Positions 1 through 15,107 of a stretch of 64,000 bases of DNA are shown here, piece by piece (positions within the stretch are counted from its first letter, which is position 1; each line of letters starts with the position of its first letter). The notes below the pieces were generated by a model that did no database searches, was not told the DNA's origin, and worked only from the letters and a program-made list of their open reading frames with translations. Origin of the DNA: the human T2T-CHM13v2.0 reference genome, Homo sapiens. The stretch lies in contig CP068257.2 in assembly GCA_009914755.4 (NCBI GenBank), positions 22,016,001 through 22,080,000 of the forward strand, in the 5' to 3' direction. The position numbers and the translations under genes are program-made.

Positions 1-1866
1 ACTAGCCTGTATGTATATATATTCTTAAAGTTATATACCTTGAAATCTGTTTTTCACTAGGAATCACTGTTAACCTGTGTTATTTTATATGATTATAACA
101 AATCATATCAGCATGTCTATATACTTCTTTAAAAATCCCAAAACAATATACAATTAAAGGGAAGTCACACACAGAAGGTACATAATTTTCGCCCACTAAG
201 TACTACCAATACCCAGCATTCACTGACTTAAAGTGTAAATTACTTTAATTTCATTTATTTACAGAGGTTTAGTACCCCTCCAAGGTGTCTTACAAATTCC
301 CAGCTTTCTATTGAGTTCTTAGACCTAATTATGTTTCTCTTTGTTACAGCGGTTCCCTACATTTGACCTCAGGATCCTTTGCCCGTGTCCATACACTTTG
401 CCACACTGTGTTTCCTCTATTGGCATCGTTTTGCATATGATAGAGCTTCTGAAAAGAAAAACAAGTTCATATCACTGTTGCAGCTTGAACAAAAGAAGCA
501 TGTCTTACACACAGCAGAGTCAAACTCCCTGTTGTATGTGGTCAAAATGCACCCATGGTACTCAGAGTTTGACAGTGTTTTACTCTAAGGGGTTCCACAA
601 ATAAAGCCAATTAGTAATTATACTTTATGAAAAGCTCAATAACTGAGGAAATACTGCAATTTGTTTCAAGTACAAAAAACGGGCATTGTCTGTGGTAAGA
701 GATGATGGACTTTTTTCTTTCTGTAAAATTTTATGAACTCCTTCTACTTGTAAAACGATATTCCCTTCATACGAATGTATGTTAATGTTTTTAGAGCAAA
801 ACTATTTAAAACTCACCCAGGATAAAATCATCCCAGCTAACTTTCATCCTTTGAGAAAAGAAAATATGATAAATTAGTTTTTATTATTCATTTTAATACA
901 AAATGGTTCTAAAAACTGAAAATAATATATACGCATATACATTTATTTATTTACTCGGTGACAATACTCAAAAATTTTTATGCAAAATATGTACTATCGT
1001 TACATCAACTGACAAGTGCCAAAATACCTTGTTTTAATGTTTTGGCATGATTGCACCTCAATATCACTTCTATTCCAGAAAACATAGAACTTTAACATAC
1101 TCATAATATTCTGAAAATAAAACAAAAGCTTACTCTTTGTAAAACAAAGTTTTGAAACAAGCTTTAAAAAAAGTGTCAAATGTTTACAAATATATATGAT
1201 TGTGTTTATGTGTGTACTATAGATCACCAGGGAGAAGATTGAGTTTTGTTTTTGTTTTGTTATTGTTTCAATGTTCCTTCTCCTAAAGCCCAGTCATTTT
1301 CTCCTTGTAAATTCTTTCAGATGCATAATTCCGTGATAACTTCCTTCATAGTCATTCTTCAGTCTCTTCCTCATCTACTTCACCCTGAATGCTTCTGTGT
1401 GTTTAATATGCATAGAACATCATTGTAACCATAAATTACTTGCTCTGAAGCTTATAATTATTGTCTATTCATTCTCGTTCGGTTCAATTTTTTTTATTCT
1501 CCAATCTTTAGTCTCTGTTTCAGTCAGGAAGATTTTCTGTACCCACCTTTTTTATGTCTGCTTTTGAACCTATCAGAGATGTTCCCACACCTTAAAAGTC
1601 TCCCTAGTTTTATTAGTTAGGGTTCTGCATACAGATAGAAGCAACACTATGTAGATAGATATATAAGAGGAAACTTACTGTGAGAATTGGCTCACCTGAT
1701 TCTGGAGGCTGAGAAGTCTCCAGATACGTCTTCCACAAGGTCAAGACCCAGGAAAGCCAGCGGGTTAACTCATTCTGAGTCCCAAGGCCTGAGAACCGGA
1801 GGAACCAGTGTCAGACAGGAGAAGATGGATGTCAAGAAGAGCAGGAGAATTTGGGCCAAGGGTAAT

Positions 1867-2212
1867 AGCTTACACCAGTAATCCCAGAACTTCGGGAGTC
1901 CGCTGCAGGTGGATTGCTTGAACCCAGCAGTTGGAGACCAGCCTGACAACATGGACAAACCCCATCTATACAAAAAATAAAATATAAAATAAAATAAAAT
2001 AATAAAATTAAATTAAAATAAAATAAAATAAAGTAAAATAAATAAGTGGGCTGTGATGGCATGCTCCTGTAGTCCCAGCTACTCAGAGGCTGAGGTTGGG
2101 AGGATGGCCTGAGGCTGTAGTGAGCCGTGATCCTGCCACTGCACTCCAACCTAGGTGACAGAGTGAGAGACTCTGTCTCAAATAAATGTAAAATAATCAA
2201 AGAAAAAACAAA
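1867..2212 (+). mobile_element. Alu SINE (older S/J-like), 5'-truncated by ~12 bp, nested inside the MaLR LTR
   Basis: 'gcttacaccagtaatcccagaacttcgggag...cctgtagtcccagctactcagaggctgagg...ccactgcactccaacctaggtgacagagtgagagactctgtctcaaa' is a dimeric Alu with an A-rich tail. The middle A-rich linker is expanded. Confidence 0.93.
1972..2046. repeat. imperfect (AAAAT/AAATA)n microsatellite in the Alu middle linker
   Basis: 'aaaataaaatataaaataaaataaaataataaaattaaattaaaataaaataaaataaagtaaaataaataag'. Confidence 0.85.
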
Positions 2213-3934
2213 AAGAATTTTATTCTATCTGGGCCCTCAAATGATTGGATGATGTCCTCCCACCTTGGTGTATATGTAGACATATATACTATATATACGT
2301 ACTGTGGAATTCTGTAATTTAAACATAGATGCTGAGAATCTGCAATTTCATTGAATTTGGGGGCAAATGTAATCTTCTTTTATCCATAATCTGTGGCAAA
2401 TAGGATACAGCACTTCTCTTCTGCTAACTCTCCAGGTACATCTGCCACCACACTTCTTCCATACTATGCAAGTACAGCTCCCATATGAATTCTGCTTAAA
2501 TCACCAGGCCTCACATGAGCACACTGATCTCCACTACTTTGCAGACTAGTTACCAATTCTTGAACATTTCAACTTGGTTTAAATTGCAAGAACATATATT
2601 AGTATTTTACCAACACTTTTCAAACAGCTTTTGTTTTCCTGAGTAACATGAGATCCCTCAGTAGGAAAATTATAATTATTTTCTTCTGATGGATTAAGAG
2701 GTTGAGATCTTAGAGTAGTGATGTCCTCAGGATCACGTATGAAATAAGGATTAAAGTCAGATTCTGTAATGTAGAAGGCTTTTATTATCATTACCCAGAT
2801 GCTTCCCAAAGGAGTAAAATTTACTTGGGTAAACTGTAACTCTTTTTTTGAGTAGATAATTGTATACAAATCTTTAGATTTCAGTTATATCAGTAACAAT
2901 AGTTCCTTGCTTTAAAAATTGTAAAATTGTTCTATATTCATTATCTCTCCACTTATATATCATTCTATTCACATGGATTTTCTAGCTTTCCCAATACCTG
3001 GATATGTTTGCATTTGTATTAAATAGTATATTAAATGTAGTCAAATATAGTCAAAATCAGTATCTTCTTTTAAATCATTGTCTGGTTCTCCTTCAATTGT
3101 TTCTAATTATTGTTTTACTGTTTCGTAGAGTCTCCACTAGATCATGACAATTTTTTTCATAAAAGTAAGTCACTAAGTTTATATAAAACTTCTCTCTTAA
3201 AATTGAGAATAGTGCTTGATAGATAAATGACTATAGAAGAACATTAGAACTATTAGACATTAAGAAAATAAAATGTGATGTTTTAGAAAAAAAAAAAAAC
3301 CTTGATTAAAAAAATCAATTGGCATCTGTTTGCTTTGTGCCCATACATTTCAGAGACTTTGATAAAAATAATATAGAGAATTTTGATGAGTACAGTGTAA
3401 GATTGAAATGCAGCAATAAAACAGTTGGAAAGAAACATTATATTTTCTTTGCTAGAACAGTGGTACAATAGCATATAAGCCACAAAAAAAAATATGCCTT
3501 ATCAATGCTTTTTCTAGGTGAAACTTATCCTAGCTTCTAAAGGGTTTTCTGATTATGATCTGCATATGACAAAAACGTTTCATGCTCGTGCTATCAAATA
3601 AATAATCCATATGAAAGTGCATAACTTTATTCTTAGAATAGCAACGAGTCATAATCTCAAAGTTTATTGAGGCAATTCCAATTTCTTTCAAGCAATAAAG
3701 TGAATTTAGATAAGTATTTTCTAAACACACAATTAAAAAACATTAAAAAATTAACTCTTGCATTTGTCATATTAACCTTTCTACATTTTTAGTTTTCAGA
3801 GAAAAAATAAAAATAAAAACACCACTGACATGCCTCATAGAGCAGCAACAAAATTAGAACATTGTGCCTTGGCAAAGAGAAGAGAAGCGCATAAGCATAA
3901 AAATCCTCAAGCAATTGCTTTAGTTGTTCTATTT

Positions 3935-4045
3935 CAAAAATATGTGTGTGTATTTGTGTGTTTGTGTGTCTATTCATGCATCTATAAATTAGATATAAGT
4001 ATATGTATAAATGTACGTATGTATACGTGTTTATTGTTTTAGACT
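3935..4045. repeat. low-complexity (TG)n/(TATG)n-like tract
   Basis: 'tatgtgtgtgtatttgtgtgtttgtgtgtctattcatgcatctataaattagatataagtatatgtataaatgtacgtatgtatacgtg'. Confidence 0.75.
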
Positions 4046-4372
4046 ACAATAACAAAACATTATAGATTGGGTGACTTAAATAACAGATAGGTATTTATCA
4101 CAGTTCTCAAGGCTGGAAAGTTCAGAGTCAAGGTGCATACCAATTGGGTTCCTGATGAGGGCTTTCTTCTTGATTTACAGACCATGGTCTTTTTGTTCTG
4201 GCTCACATGGCAGAAAAGGATAGAGCTCTCTGGTGTCTCTTTTTCTAAAGATATTAATTCTGTCAAACCAGAGCTCCACTCTCAGTGACCTCATCTAACC
4301 CAAATTACTTCTCAAAAGCTCCATCTCAAAATACCATCACATTGATGGTCAGAATTTTGAGGGTGGGAATCC
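4045..4372 (-). mobile_element. MLT1-type MaLR LTR, antisense
   Basis: 'aacaaaacattatagattgggtgacttaaataacagat...cacagttctcaaggctggaaagttcagagtcaaggtg...ctcacatggcagaaaagg...ataccatcacattgatggtcagaattttgagggtggg' is colinear with the reverse complement of the MLT1 consensus ('ccataacaaaataccacagactgggtggcttaaacaacagaaat...cacagttctggaggctggaagtccaagatcaaggtg...ctcacatggcc...gggttagggcttcaacatatgaattttggggg'). Confidence 0.65.
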
Positions 4373-4484
4373 ATAGGCGTTATGTATAAATATGAATATA
4401 CAGATAGAATTACACATATTTACATGTGTATATATTTGTATTCATCATTCATTTATTCAAAAATAGCTCAAATAATTTAGTTAG

Positions 4485-5094
<610 letters not shown>

Positions 5095-6251
5095 TTAATT
5101 TTCTAGTAGTCACATAAAATATAAAAAGTAAAAGATGAAAATTAAGTATATCTTTTTACTTTAATATTATTTCTATTGTAATCACTGCCAAAATTATCGA
5201 TGAAATATTTTACATTATTTTTCATATTAAAGCTTGCATATCAGTATGTATTTCATATCTGCAGCTCATCTCAATTAGGATTAACAATATTTCAAATTTT
5301 CAATAGTCATATGTGGCTACTTGATATCATATTGGATCACACAGCTCTAGAACGACTTAAGGAAACACTTAATCCATTTCCACTTTAAATTGTTGCTTTA
5401 ACAGAATTATCTTCCAGAAAAGCCATGTCCTCTGAGAACAATATAAAGGAACATTCACACTTAAACTCTCAGCTACTTTTGGCAAATAAATATTTTGACT
5501 AATTTAGGATATACAGGATAATATAAAATATCCTATACAGATATCTTAAAGCTGGTGTTAACGCAAATCAATGTCTTTTATGAAAAATGTCTAAGCAGAT
5601 CATATACTGCAAAAAGAAACTGAAAATGTTTCAAGTGCCTCATTTTGCTCATAAGATTGACACAAAGCAGGTTCAATTGCTTAAGAAGAAAAGAAACCAG
5701 GGGAGAAAAGGAAGTGGAAAACCCGGGAGACTTTAGAGCACTGAATGACTGAATCCAGAGCCTCAAGTGTTTCAACAAGGAGAGTTTAAATAGTGGTTTG
5801 AGCTTGAGAGACTGTGAATGCTAGGAGCTATTAAAGCTATAAAGATTGCATTCTGAAGCTGTTTATTCCTGAAAGTGAGTGGGGAAATCTCAGGGTCAAA
5901 GGAAAACAGAACTGAATGAGCTTCTGGAGTACCTCGGGATTAGGGGTTTGCTTTTACAATACTGTATTTTCCTATGGTAGAAGATGAAAATATGGAGAGA
6001 AAAATACAAGCATTTTTCTCAGATTCAGAAAGGAGAAATAGGTAGCAACAGTTACTGAGAAAGGTCAAAATCGTGACATTGGGAGTTAGCTTAATGCACC
6101 CAGAGTTTGAACTTTTTTTTTTTTTTGATTAATGAAATTCTTCAACCTACAAAATTGGACACCAATTGGAAAAGTTTCTCTCACAAAATTGTCCCTGTTG
6201 TGTAACTCTTGGTGAGGCATTTTCAAGGTTTTGATACTTCTGTTTATATAA

Positions 6252-6609
<358 letters not shown>

Positions 6610-9600
6610 TTAAAAAGTAAATTTTTAATTGTATTATTTGGTGAAGGGAAAAGGGCAGGAAAAAAAAAAAGTAAATTTAAGTCGAGAAGCCAATTTTTTT
6701 AATCCTTCTACTTATCTCTCCAGAAACCTTTGTCCGGGGCATCCTATCTTAATGACATCCTCCACCAGGGTCCTGTTCTATATGAACTTACCCTCTGAGA
6801 AATATGTGCATTTAAAAATACCAAGGGAGAAGAAACAAATGGATTTATTTAATAAAACGTAAAAGTTTTGAAATCTGAATTCGAAGACACTACTTTAGAA
6901 AGCTGGGATTTTTCCCACCACTCTTCACATCTTATCAAACATGCAATTGCCCATATATGACAGGCTCAGAATTGATCATCCTATCTTTAGTAAGTTAGGA
7001 GAAAGTAACAGTAGCAATGGAATGCTAATTATAATAGCAATGATCAGAGAGGGGAGAGAATTCAATCACGCATATTCCATGGACATAAAAATAATTGTAA
7101 TCCATTAAAATTGTAGATTTTGTCATTCGAAGTAGTTGAAGTCAACACACATTCCCATAGTACTTTCTTCTAGTAAACGCTGACAGCTGTCAATCCTCCT
7201 GCTATCTCCTCCCAAAGCACAGTAAAAATAAAAATGTAATAATGTAATTTTTGTCCCAAGACAAGCTAGTTACATTTTCTATTCGGAAACCAATTTCCAA
7301 CTCTGCAACAAGAAGCAATTTATTTCTATTTTCATTCTTTACGACAGCATACTCTTTTGATAAGAATCATTGATTGCCGGATACATATATATTTTTTCTA
7401 CATGTGGTCATATGGGCATCCTGTCCTCATCGCCCTATACTCTCCTGAATGAGGAGATTCCATCTGCTCATTGACCGTGAAGTTTTTATATTTCTCCAAA
7501 TATTTTTCTAAAAATATATGTACATTAGTACTGATTCAAAGTACAACTTAATTGCGCTATTGTGTCAACATTAAATATCAAATGTGAAAAAATTCAATAA
7601 TAAGGCACTTCTTGTGCTTTGTTGCTTCTGTAAGGAAATAAAAGTTTAAAATGTTACTCTTTGTCAAAACTAATATCCTAAATTTTTAATGAGCTCTACC
7701 AAGTATTTGAATAACTGTGAAAAATAAACATCATGATTCATTTAACCCATGTTTAGGGTATTTGATTTTAATGCTTTTTGGTTTGTATAGCAATATAAGA
7801 CAGAAACCAATCTTGAAACAACATCTATCATGGAGATGTCATAATATATAAATGTTTTGATTTAGGGAAAAAAGTAAAATATATTAAATTTTATGGAATG
7901 AGTTAGAGAATAAATAAAATTTAGACATAAAAGCTCTTAACAGAACTGAGAGTCTTAGAATGTTGCTTTTAAGGATCTTCAAAGAATAGCCAAACCAATT
8001 TTTCTCCATTAGTGTTATCAGTTGTGTGTGTAAGCCCAGTATTCTATTTTTAATCACAGTTTGGATAGCTATTCACTTGGCACATTCTTAAACAGTCTGT
8101 TCCCTGTCACTCTACTGAAAAGAAATCTAATTCTAATTGATCAACTTGTAATTATGAAGACAGAACTTGTTTTATTGATTTTATAATTATTTCATAAATA
8201 AATGTCAAAGTTTTAGTTTATTCATTCATATAATAAATACTAGTTTTCAGAAATCCAATTGCCAGGGAAAGAATGAAGGAGAAAATACAGAGAACAAATG
8301 GCTAAAAGAGTTGAAATAAATGTCCTACAATGTCAATTCCAAAATAAGTAAGCAGCAGCCACTTTTCTTGATGACTAGCTAAAAATAGTTAATAAACTGC
8401 TATAAAAATTGGCAAGTGTGGGAATGTGTAAACCAAGATATCCAAGTATTCGATGTGTACAAACTTATATATTAGATCTTTAAGCTATTTCTGATACCTT
8501 GGAGCAAGTCTACAATAAAGAAAAGTTGACAGAGTTCCAACAAAAGTCAATCATTAATGGTGACTTATTTATACAAAGGGTGCAAGGAAGAAGAATCTCT
8601 GTAAGTCAATTATTGATGCCTTGCTTATGAAATAAATTAAAGAGGGTCACATTGCACTTCTTTATCACTTGTCAAATAAAATAATGCTTGCTGACTTTTT
8701 AACATGTTGAAATGTCAGGATAATTTTAAGTGACTTATATCAATATATAAGCCCAAGATGAATCAAGTGAAAAATGGGCCATCTGTCATCAAATCTTATG
8801 AAGGATACTTACAATCTGAAAGTGAATATTAATTATATTTCCATTTGATTTATGACGTTAAAAATTGAAATATCACACATAGTTGTGAACTAATGAATCA
8901 ATATTTGCTAAAAGTTCTGGAAAAACATTAGGCAGTGATATTCTCTTCAGTATAATAAATATACCTTTTATAAAAATTTAGTATTTGGTGGTATATATAA
9001 ATGCAGAATTCATTAATTCTTATAATTTTATGGACAATACAGACTCAAAAATAAGTAAGCAGTAAGCCATTTGTCTTGAAAATTAGGTAAAAATAGTGAA
9101 GAAACTGCTGTCCAAAGAAATTGTGATTATTCACAGCGATACATTTTCTAGGCTATTCAGTATAGTAATGAATTAATACAACAGTGGACTTAATATTTGC
9201 ACTCATTATAGTAATTTTGGCTTATTTATTTTCTCTAGCAGAGTTCCATGTATAGAACTGTAATTTCTCTAACTTAATTGTTTTGCAAAATGTGCAATTA
9301 TAAGATCAATCAAAGCTGTCAAATGCAGGGAATCTTGGGCTCAGATTTACACTAACTCCCCAAGCCAATAAGATTCTTCACCTCTGAGAGCTGTAATTTA
9401 ACTCTTTGTACAACGTAGGGAAGAAACAAGCTGGCGAGAAGTTGATCTTCACTGTTCACTGTGGGCCAGGGATTGTGGTATTTCCTGAGCAACTTCTCGT
9501 AATTTTCATAATGCTTTTTGGAATTATTAATAATTTGTTATAATCCATTATGCCGGTCTTTTAAAAATGAAAGTTATACTCAGGCATGTAAAATCATGAT

Positions 9601-12590
9601 CTGTATTAAAATAAGTATGGTCGTTCCAGTCATTAGGGTGTTTATATACATATTTATTTATCCTGTAGTTACAATAAACAAAAATCATGATAGTAACAAT
9701 AAAATAATAGCTATATGTTATAATTTTAAAAGTTCTCACAGTTTTCATATATAATTTATATATGTCACTTTACTTTGTTTTTCTGTGTTCTGTGTATTAT
9801 AGACTAATTTATTTTTTCACTTTACAGAAAAATTTCTGTGTAGTGAAATTTTCCAAAACCACAGTGGTAATGTGTAGCAGAGTAAAAGCTTAAACCGAGG
9901 ATATTGGTCTCCAAATATTATGCTTTTTATACTTTAAAATGTTGAGAATTATATTAGGATTTCATGGAGACATCCCACATGCAAGTCTCCAAATGACCAA
10001 CACCATGAGCCATTTAGCTAATATTAGAGTGCAAATCTGCAGGTATGAAGAAGTAGTTTATCTCTCTCCATGCAAAAAGGGCTCGTCACTGTAAGATTTT
10101 TAGTGTATTGCATGGTTTGCTTTATTCAGGCAGCATTCTCTCTGACTTGAGTAACTTGCTCAGCACCCCCATCCATAATGTCTAACATAAGGAGCCCCTC
10201 GTGGGATAATCCATTCTAAAAATTGCATATCCCATATTCCTGTAATTTTTGTTGTTTGAATAGTTTTAAATTAGAAACACATACATCTCACCATGTATTT
10301 TCATGTATAAGTAAATGTATTATTTGCTCTTATAGACACATTTAGGCAATACATAACATTCCAAAAGTGGTTTATGATTACTGACTTTGACTATTTTTGT
10401 TACCAAAGAACACACAAATTTAACACATTGTTGGGGTTAAAAAATTTAAGTGTACAGCTTGTAAAATTTATTTTCATATATTTTTCAATACTTTTCTTGG
10501 AACATATCTATATGTTTTTCTGTTAGAATAAAACTCACATATTTTGGCAAGCAATCAAATCTGAGCACATTTTCAGTTACATCTTGGAGAACAAATGACT
10601 TAAAATATAAATTAAAAATTAGTTTTTTTTAAGATATGAGATATTTCTGCATGTAAAAAGACCTCTTGAGGAGAAACTTAAAATTATATTTTTAGTGAGC
10701 TCAGAGTAGAGCTGAGAGTGTGGAAATCAGGTAAAATTTTCATATTATTAACTAGCTAACAAACAATGCTAATAAAATAATTGCATGCTACTTACTTTTC
10801 TAAAATGTGTAACAGAAATATATTTTTCTTCATGCTAAAATGTTTCACAGATACCTATATAAGTATCCAGATCCTTCAAAAAAGATATATAATAAACATA
10901 TTGGTTTAATGTATGCCAAAACCCAGAATTTCCTTATAGAATAAGCTTACCACAATGTTTAATGCCTGAAGATAAAAATCTTAACTTTTATATCTGGTTT
11001 TAATTTTCGTAAGTAGTAGATGTATTGGGTCTCTATCAGCTCCCGCAATTTTCTTTCCCACCTTTAGTACTAGGTTGCTTATTAAGATCAATAGAGTAAG
11101 AAATAATAAATAAAGTAGCTTAGATAGGTCTAGGTATACTGTTTCTGCCTATTCCTTTCATATACTCCTCCTGTATTTTCTTTTAAAATTGAATGACTGA
11201 TTTCATGACTTTCAGGTAAGTCTCAATAATGAATTGCATTAATAATGAAGAACCTACATACAGCTCTTTATTAATTATTTTGGCATATATTTTCTAATTC
11301 AAATTAGCCCACACTCTTGAGATTTAGATAATGATTAATGAGCAATTAGATATTCATCAAATGCCTACTATGACAGCGCCTATGCTTAGTACTGGGGAAA
11401 TAAAGCTGAACAACAGCAGCAAAGCCAAACTCCTGTAATTACAGAGCTACAAATTCATAGTAGAGTCAGGTAATAAGCACATAGTCAAACAAAGTAAAAT
11501 TGGTGCTCTAAGTGCCATGAAAGGAAATTAATGGCTATATGAAAACTGACAATAAGAAGTCTGACCCAATCATGCAGGTCTTAGAGGGGCCTTAGGAGAA
11601 ATTCCTGAAACTGAAACCTAAGGATAATAGAAAAAATGAATGGGGTGGAAAAATGATTCAGGCAAAGTTTTCTGTAGCTGTTGTGCCTGGCTTGGTGCAT
11701 GTAGTAAGGTAAACAGAGTTGGTGTGGTTCACATAGATAGAGTTGGAAGAACAATGACAAAGAATTAATGTGGAGATGTAGCTATGCTAACAGTAACTTC
11801 AAGTTAGGGCAAACAGCTAAATATGCATTTTAAAGCATTTCACTGGCTGCAGTGTTTGAAACGGTTGTGCATATGTGTACAAGGATATAAGATGGAGAAG
11901 AAAGATGTGGGGATATGAACTATTAAGTTATTGCAGCCACCTAGGGTAAAGATGAAATGGCTAAGCCTAGTAGGCAAATATGGAGAGATGGATAGACTTG
12001 AGATGTAGTTAAGAAAATAATGATGAAGTCTAGAAAAAAGGTAAATCTGATAGTAAAAAGGGGTGATGTAAAACATGATTCTTATGTTTCTGGCTTGCAT
12101 GATTAGAAGAATGATTATATCTTTTAATGAAAAAGGGATCATTGGATCACAATCAAGTTTTCTGGAGAATATCATGAGTTCAAACTTGGTTGCATTTACT
12201 GTGCGGTGGCTGTGGATACCCACGGGGAAGTGTATATAGGTAGTTGATTGAGCTCATAAGAGAGTTCTGAGCCAGAGTAATAAACTCGCGTTTCAACAGC
12301 GTAATATTAAGCAATAGAAGCTTTGCTTTCCATAAAAGCTTATGTTTCTAAAATGTGTTTTTAAATTTGTCATAATAATCTGATAGAGCCATACAAAAAT
12401 ATTGCAAAGTTTGTGTTTTGCAATTTTGTTGTAAACAGCAATATCTGCATGACACCTTGGGAAATAAATTTAATTTAGAGCTTTTAAAAGTTGCTACAGA
12501 GCTAGCTTTATGGGAGCTTAGATAAGATAGAAATAGAGAAAAAAATCAATCTTTTGTTTAAAACTCAATGCACATAATACACAGTATTCA

Positions 12591-12935
<345 letters not shown>

Positions 12936-14685
12936 CTAAAAAAGGCTAGTTTAATCACCAGCAAAGTTGTTTGTTGTGCATGTATTTTGGTGTATGTGTG
13001 TGTGTGTCTGTCCATGTGATATAATAAACACTTATATATACACTCTAATTAATACTTACATATATTATAGCACACAAAATGTTCAAGGAAATATTCTATT
13101 TGCTTTATTTATGTGAACTCCGTTAATCCTCCAAACAACCCTATAAGGTAAGTATTTTTTGTTTTCCCATTCCGCATATGAAGAGAACAATCATAGGAAA
13201 GCTAAATGGCCTTTTAAAGCCCCTCCAGCTAGTAAAGGGATAAGCTAGAAATCAAACATTGGTGACCTGCTTTAGTGTTCTGCTCTGTGTACATTTCATT
13301 ATTGTTTTCCACTATTCACTCACTGCCTTCCTTGTAATAAGATTCCATACCCCATGGCATTGTCATGACTTGCATTGACTTCCTATGGGAGGAATACTCG
13401 CCCCCATCCCATCAGATCGTATTTGCTCATTTGATTTGTTCTGACCAATGAAATAGAAGCAGAAGTGACAGATACATTGCAAAACCGTACTCAAGGTGGC
13501 CTTGGACCAACCCAGTTTTTTCTCCCTTCTTGCTATAATATTCAAGAAAAACTAAGAATATGCTGGGAATACAACATCCCGAGCTAGGAGGGGAACTATT
13601 AAGAAGAGCCTGTGTTCTGTTCTTCTCTCTGCTAGAATAGGAGGTCCTTCAGTGCTTTAGCCTGTCTGGTCATGTTTTCCCTGAGGTACATAACCTGGGT
13701 TTGGTTGCCTTCCTTTAAGTGTTGCAAGTGGGAAGCATCCAAGTGAGACTCTATTCACCCGGGGCAGCTATCCTGAGTCCTGGGGCATTGTTTTACAGTA
13801 AATCCTAGGATTCTGTTGTCCCTTGTTGCTTATATATTGTAATAAATGCACTTTATGTAACTTGTTGCATATGAGTGTGTTCTGTCTCACTGAACTCAAG
13901 ACAAATTCATAACCAGTGCCCAGTGAACCTGCCCAACAGCCCTTTCTAACCATAGGGCTTAAGAGACATTGAGTGCATTTACCAGCTTTCTTACTTTCTC
14001 CTCCAACAACAGTATGTGACTGGCGGAGCTGCTCCTTCCACCTGGGTCCTAGAATAAGTCACATGAATAGAGACACTAACAACCAACAGCTCCTAATATA
14101 GCAAGTAAAAGGAAAATAAATGATTCTGATTTTAAGACAAGCATTATGAATGAGGAGAATTTAAATTAAATTTATTTTTTTCTTGTGGAGTGATAATGAA
14201 TAAAAAGCAGAGAACCACTGTTACCTACCAATGACATGCTGAAGTTTTCTGTCACCACAGTTTCACCTATAGAAACTTGACTGTTAAAAATTTTAAATAC
14301 TGTGTAATGACTCTTCATAAAAAATAAACCCACAAAACCCACCTCTTCATCCATAAGAAGAAAAGTGGTGTACTCAAGATGTTAAATGTTTTTATGCCAC
14401 CACATTTATACATAAATGTATAATATCACCACATGTAATTTTTATTTGAGTACACATTGCTTTACTGACTACATTTTCTCATTAAAACTATAACTTTTGC
14501 AGTATACTTTAGACAACTTGATATCTTCTGGTTTATTTAACGGGGAATCACTCATATAAAATATACTTAACTACTATACGTCTGACATATTTTAAATTTA
14601 ACAGTTTTATTTTACTGCAAGTTTAACAAGCGGAGAAATCTGGAAGAAACCCTCTTAAGTTAGTCTTCCAAATCAATACCATAAC

Positions 14686-14951
14686 GCTCAAGCCTGTAAT
14701 CCCAGCACTTTGGGAGGCCAAGGCAGGCGGATCACGAGGTCAGGAGATCGAGACCATCCTGGCCAACACGGTAAAATCTGGTCTCTACAAAAATACAAAA
14801 ATTAGCCGGGCATGGTGGCGGGCGCCTGTAGTCCCAGCTACTCTGGAGGCTGAGGCAGGAGAATGGCGTGAACCTGGGAGGCGGAGGTTGCAGCGAGCCG
14901 AGAGATTGCGCCACTGTACTCCAGCCTGGGTGACAGAGTGAGACTCTGTCT

Positions 14952-14982
<31 letters not shown>
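14686..14982 (+). mobile_element. Alu (Y/Sc-like), 5'-truncated by ~15 bp
   Basis: 'gctcaagcctgtaatcccagcactttgggaggccaaggcaggcggatcacgaggtcaggagatcgagaccatcctggccaacacggtaaaatctggtctctacaaaaatacaaaaattagccgggcatggtggcgggcgcctgtagtcccagctactctggaggctgagg...gcgccactgtactccagcctgggtgacagagtgagactctgtctc' followed by 30 A. Confidence 0.95.
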
Positions 14983-14984
<2 letters not shown>

Positions 14985-15107
14985 TACAGCATGCAATCTT
15001 TACAAATGCACTAAGTAGCCCTCCCCATAACTGCCGGGTTTTTACAGAAAATACATAACTTCATTCTAATATGAAAAAATGATTAGATAAACCTATATTG
15101 AGACACA

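Larger units (their letters stand above)
1608..2290 (-). mobile_element. MaLR (MST/THE1-type) LTR, antisense, split by a nested Alu insertion
   Basis: 1609-1866 'ttattagttagggttctgcatacag...gaattggctcacctgattctggaggctgagaagtc...gacccaggaaagccag' matches the reverse complement of the MST/THE1 LTR 3' end ('ctgtattagtcagggttctccagagaaacag...ggaattggctcacgcgattatggaggctgagaagtccca...'). The match resumes after the Alu at 2213 ('ttctatctgggccctcaaatgattggatgatgtcctcccacc' ~ 'ttctattcgggccctcaacggattggatgatgcccaccca'). The right boundary is uncertain and may extend to ~2400. Confidence 0.7.

Noticed and set aside
1832-2200. 122-aa minus-strand ORF, and similar ORFs at 4695-4991, 12588-12890, 14732-14914, 16105-16299, 33084-33272, 44877-45179, 52996-53187 and 63174-63431
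   Set aside because: All lie within Alu elements and encode the stereotyped Alu-antisense translation ('...[34 protein letters not shown]...[12 protein letters not shown]...'). They are artefacts of the Alu sequence, not genes.
11840-12223. Longest ORF in the window (127 aa, minus strand)
   Set aside because: It has a low-complexity I/L/F/Y-rich composition and no recognisable domain. It lies in degenerate ancient-repeat-like AT-rich sequence, which is expected by chance in 64 kb of AT-rich DNA where stop codons are only moderately frequent in some frames.
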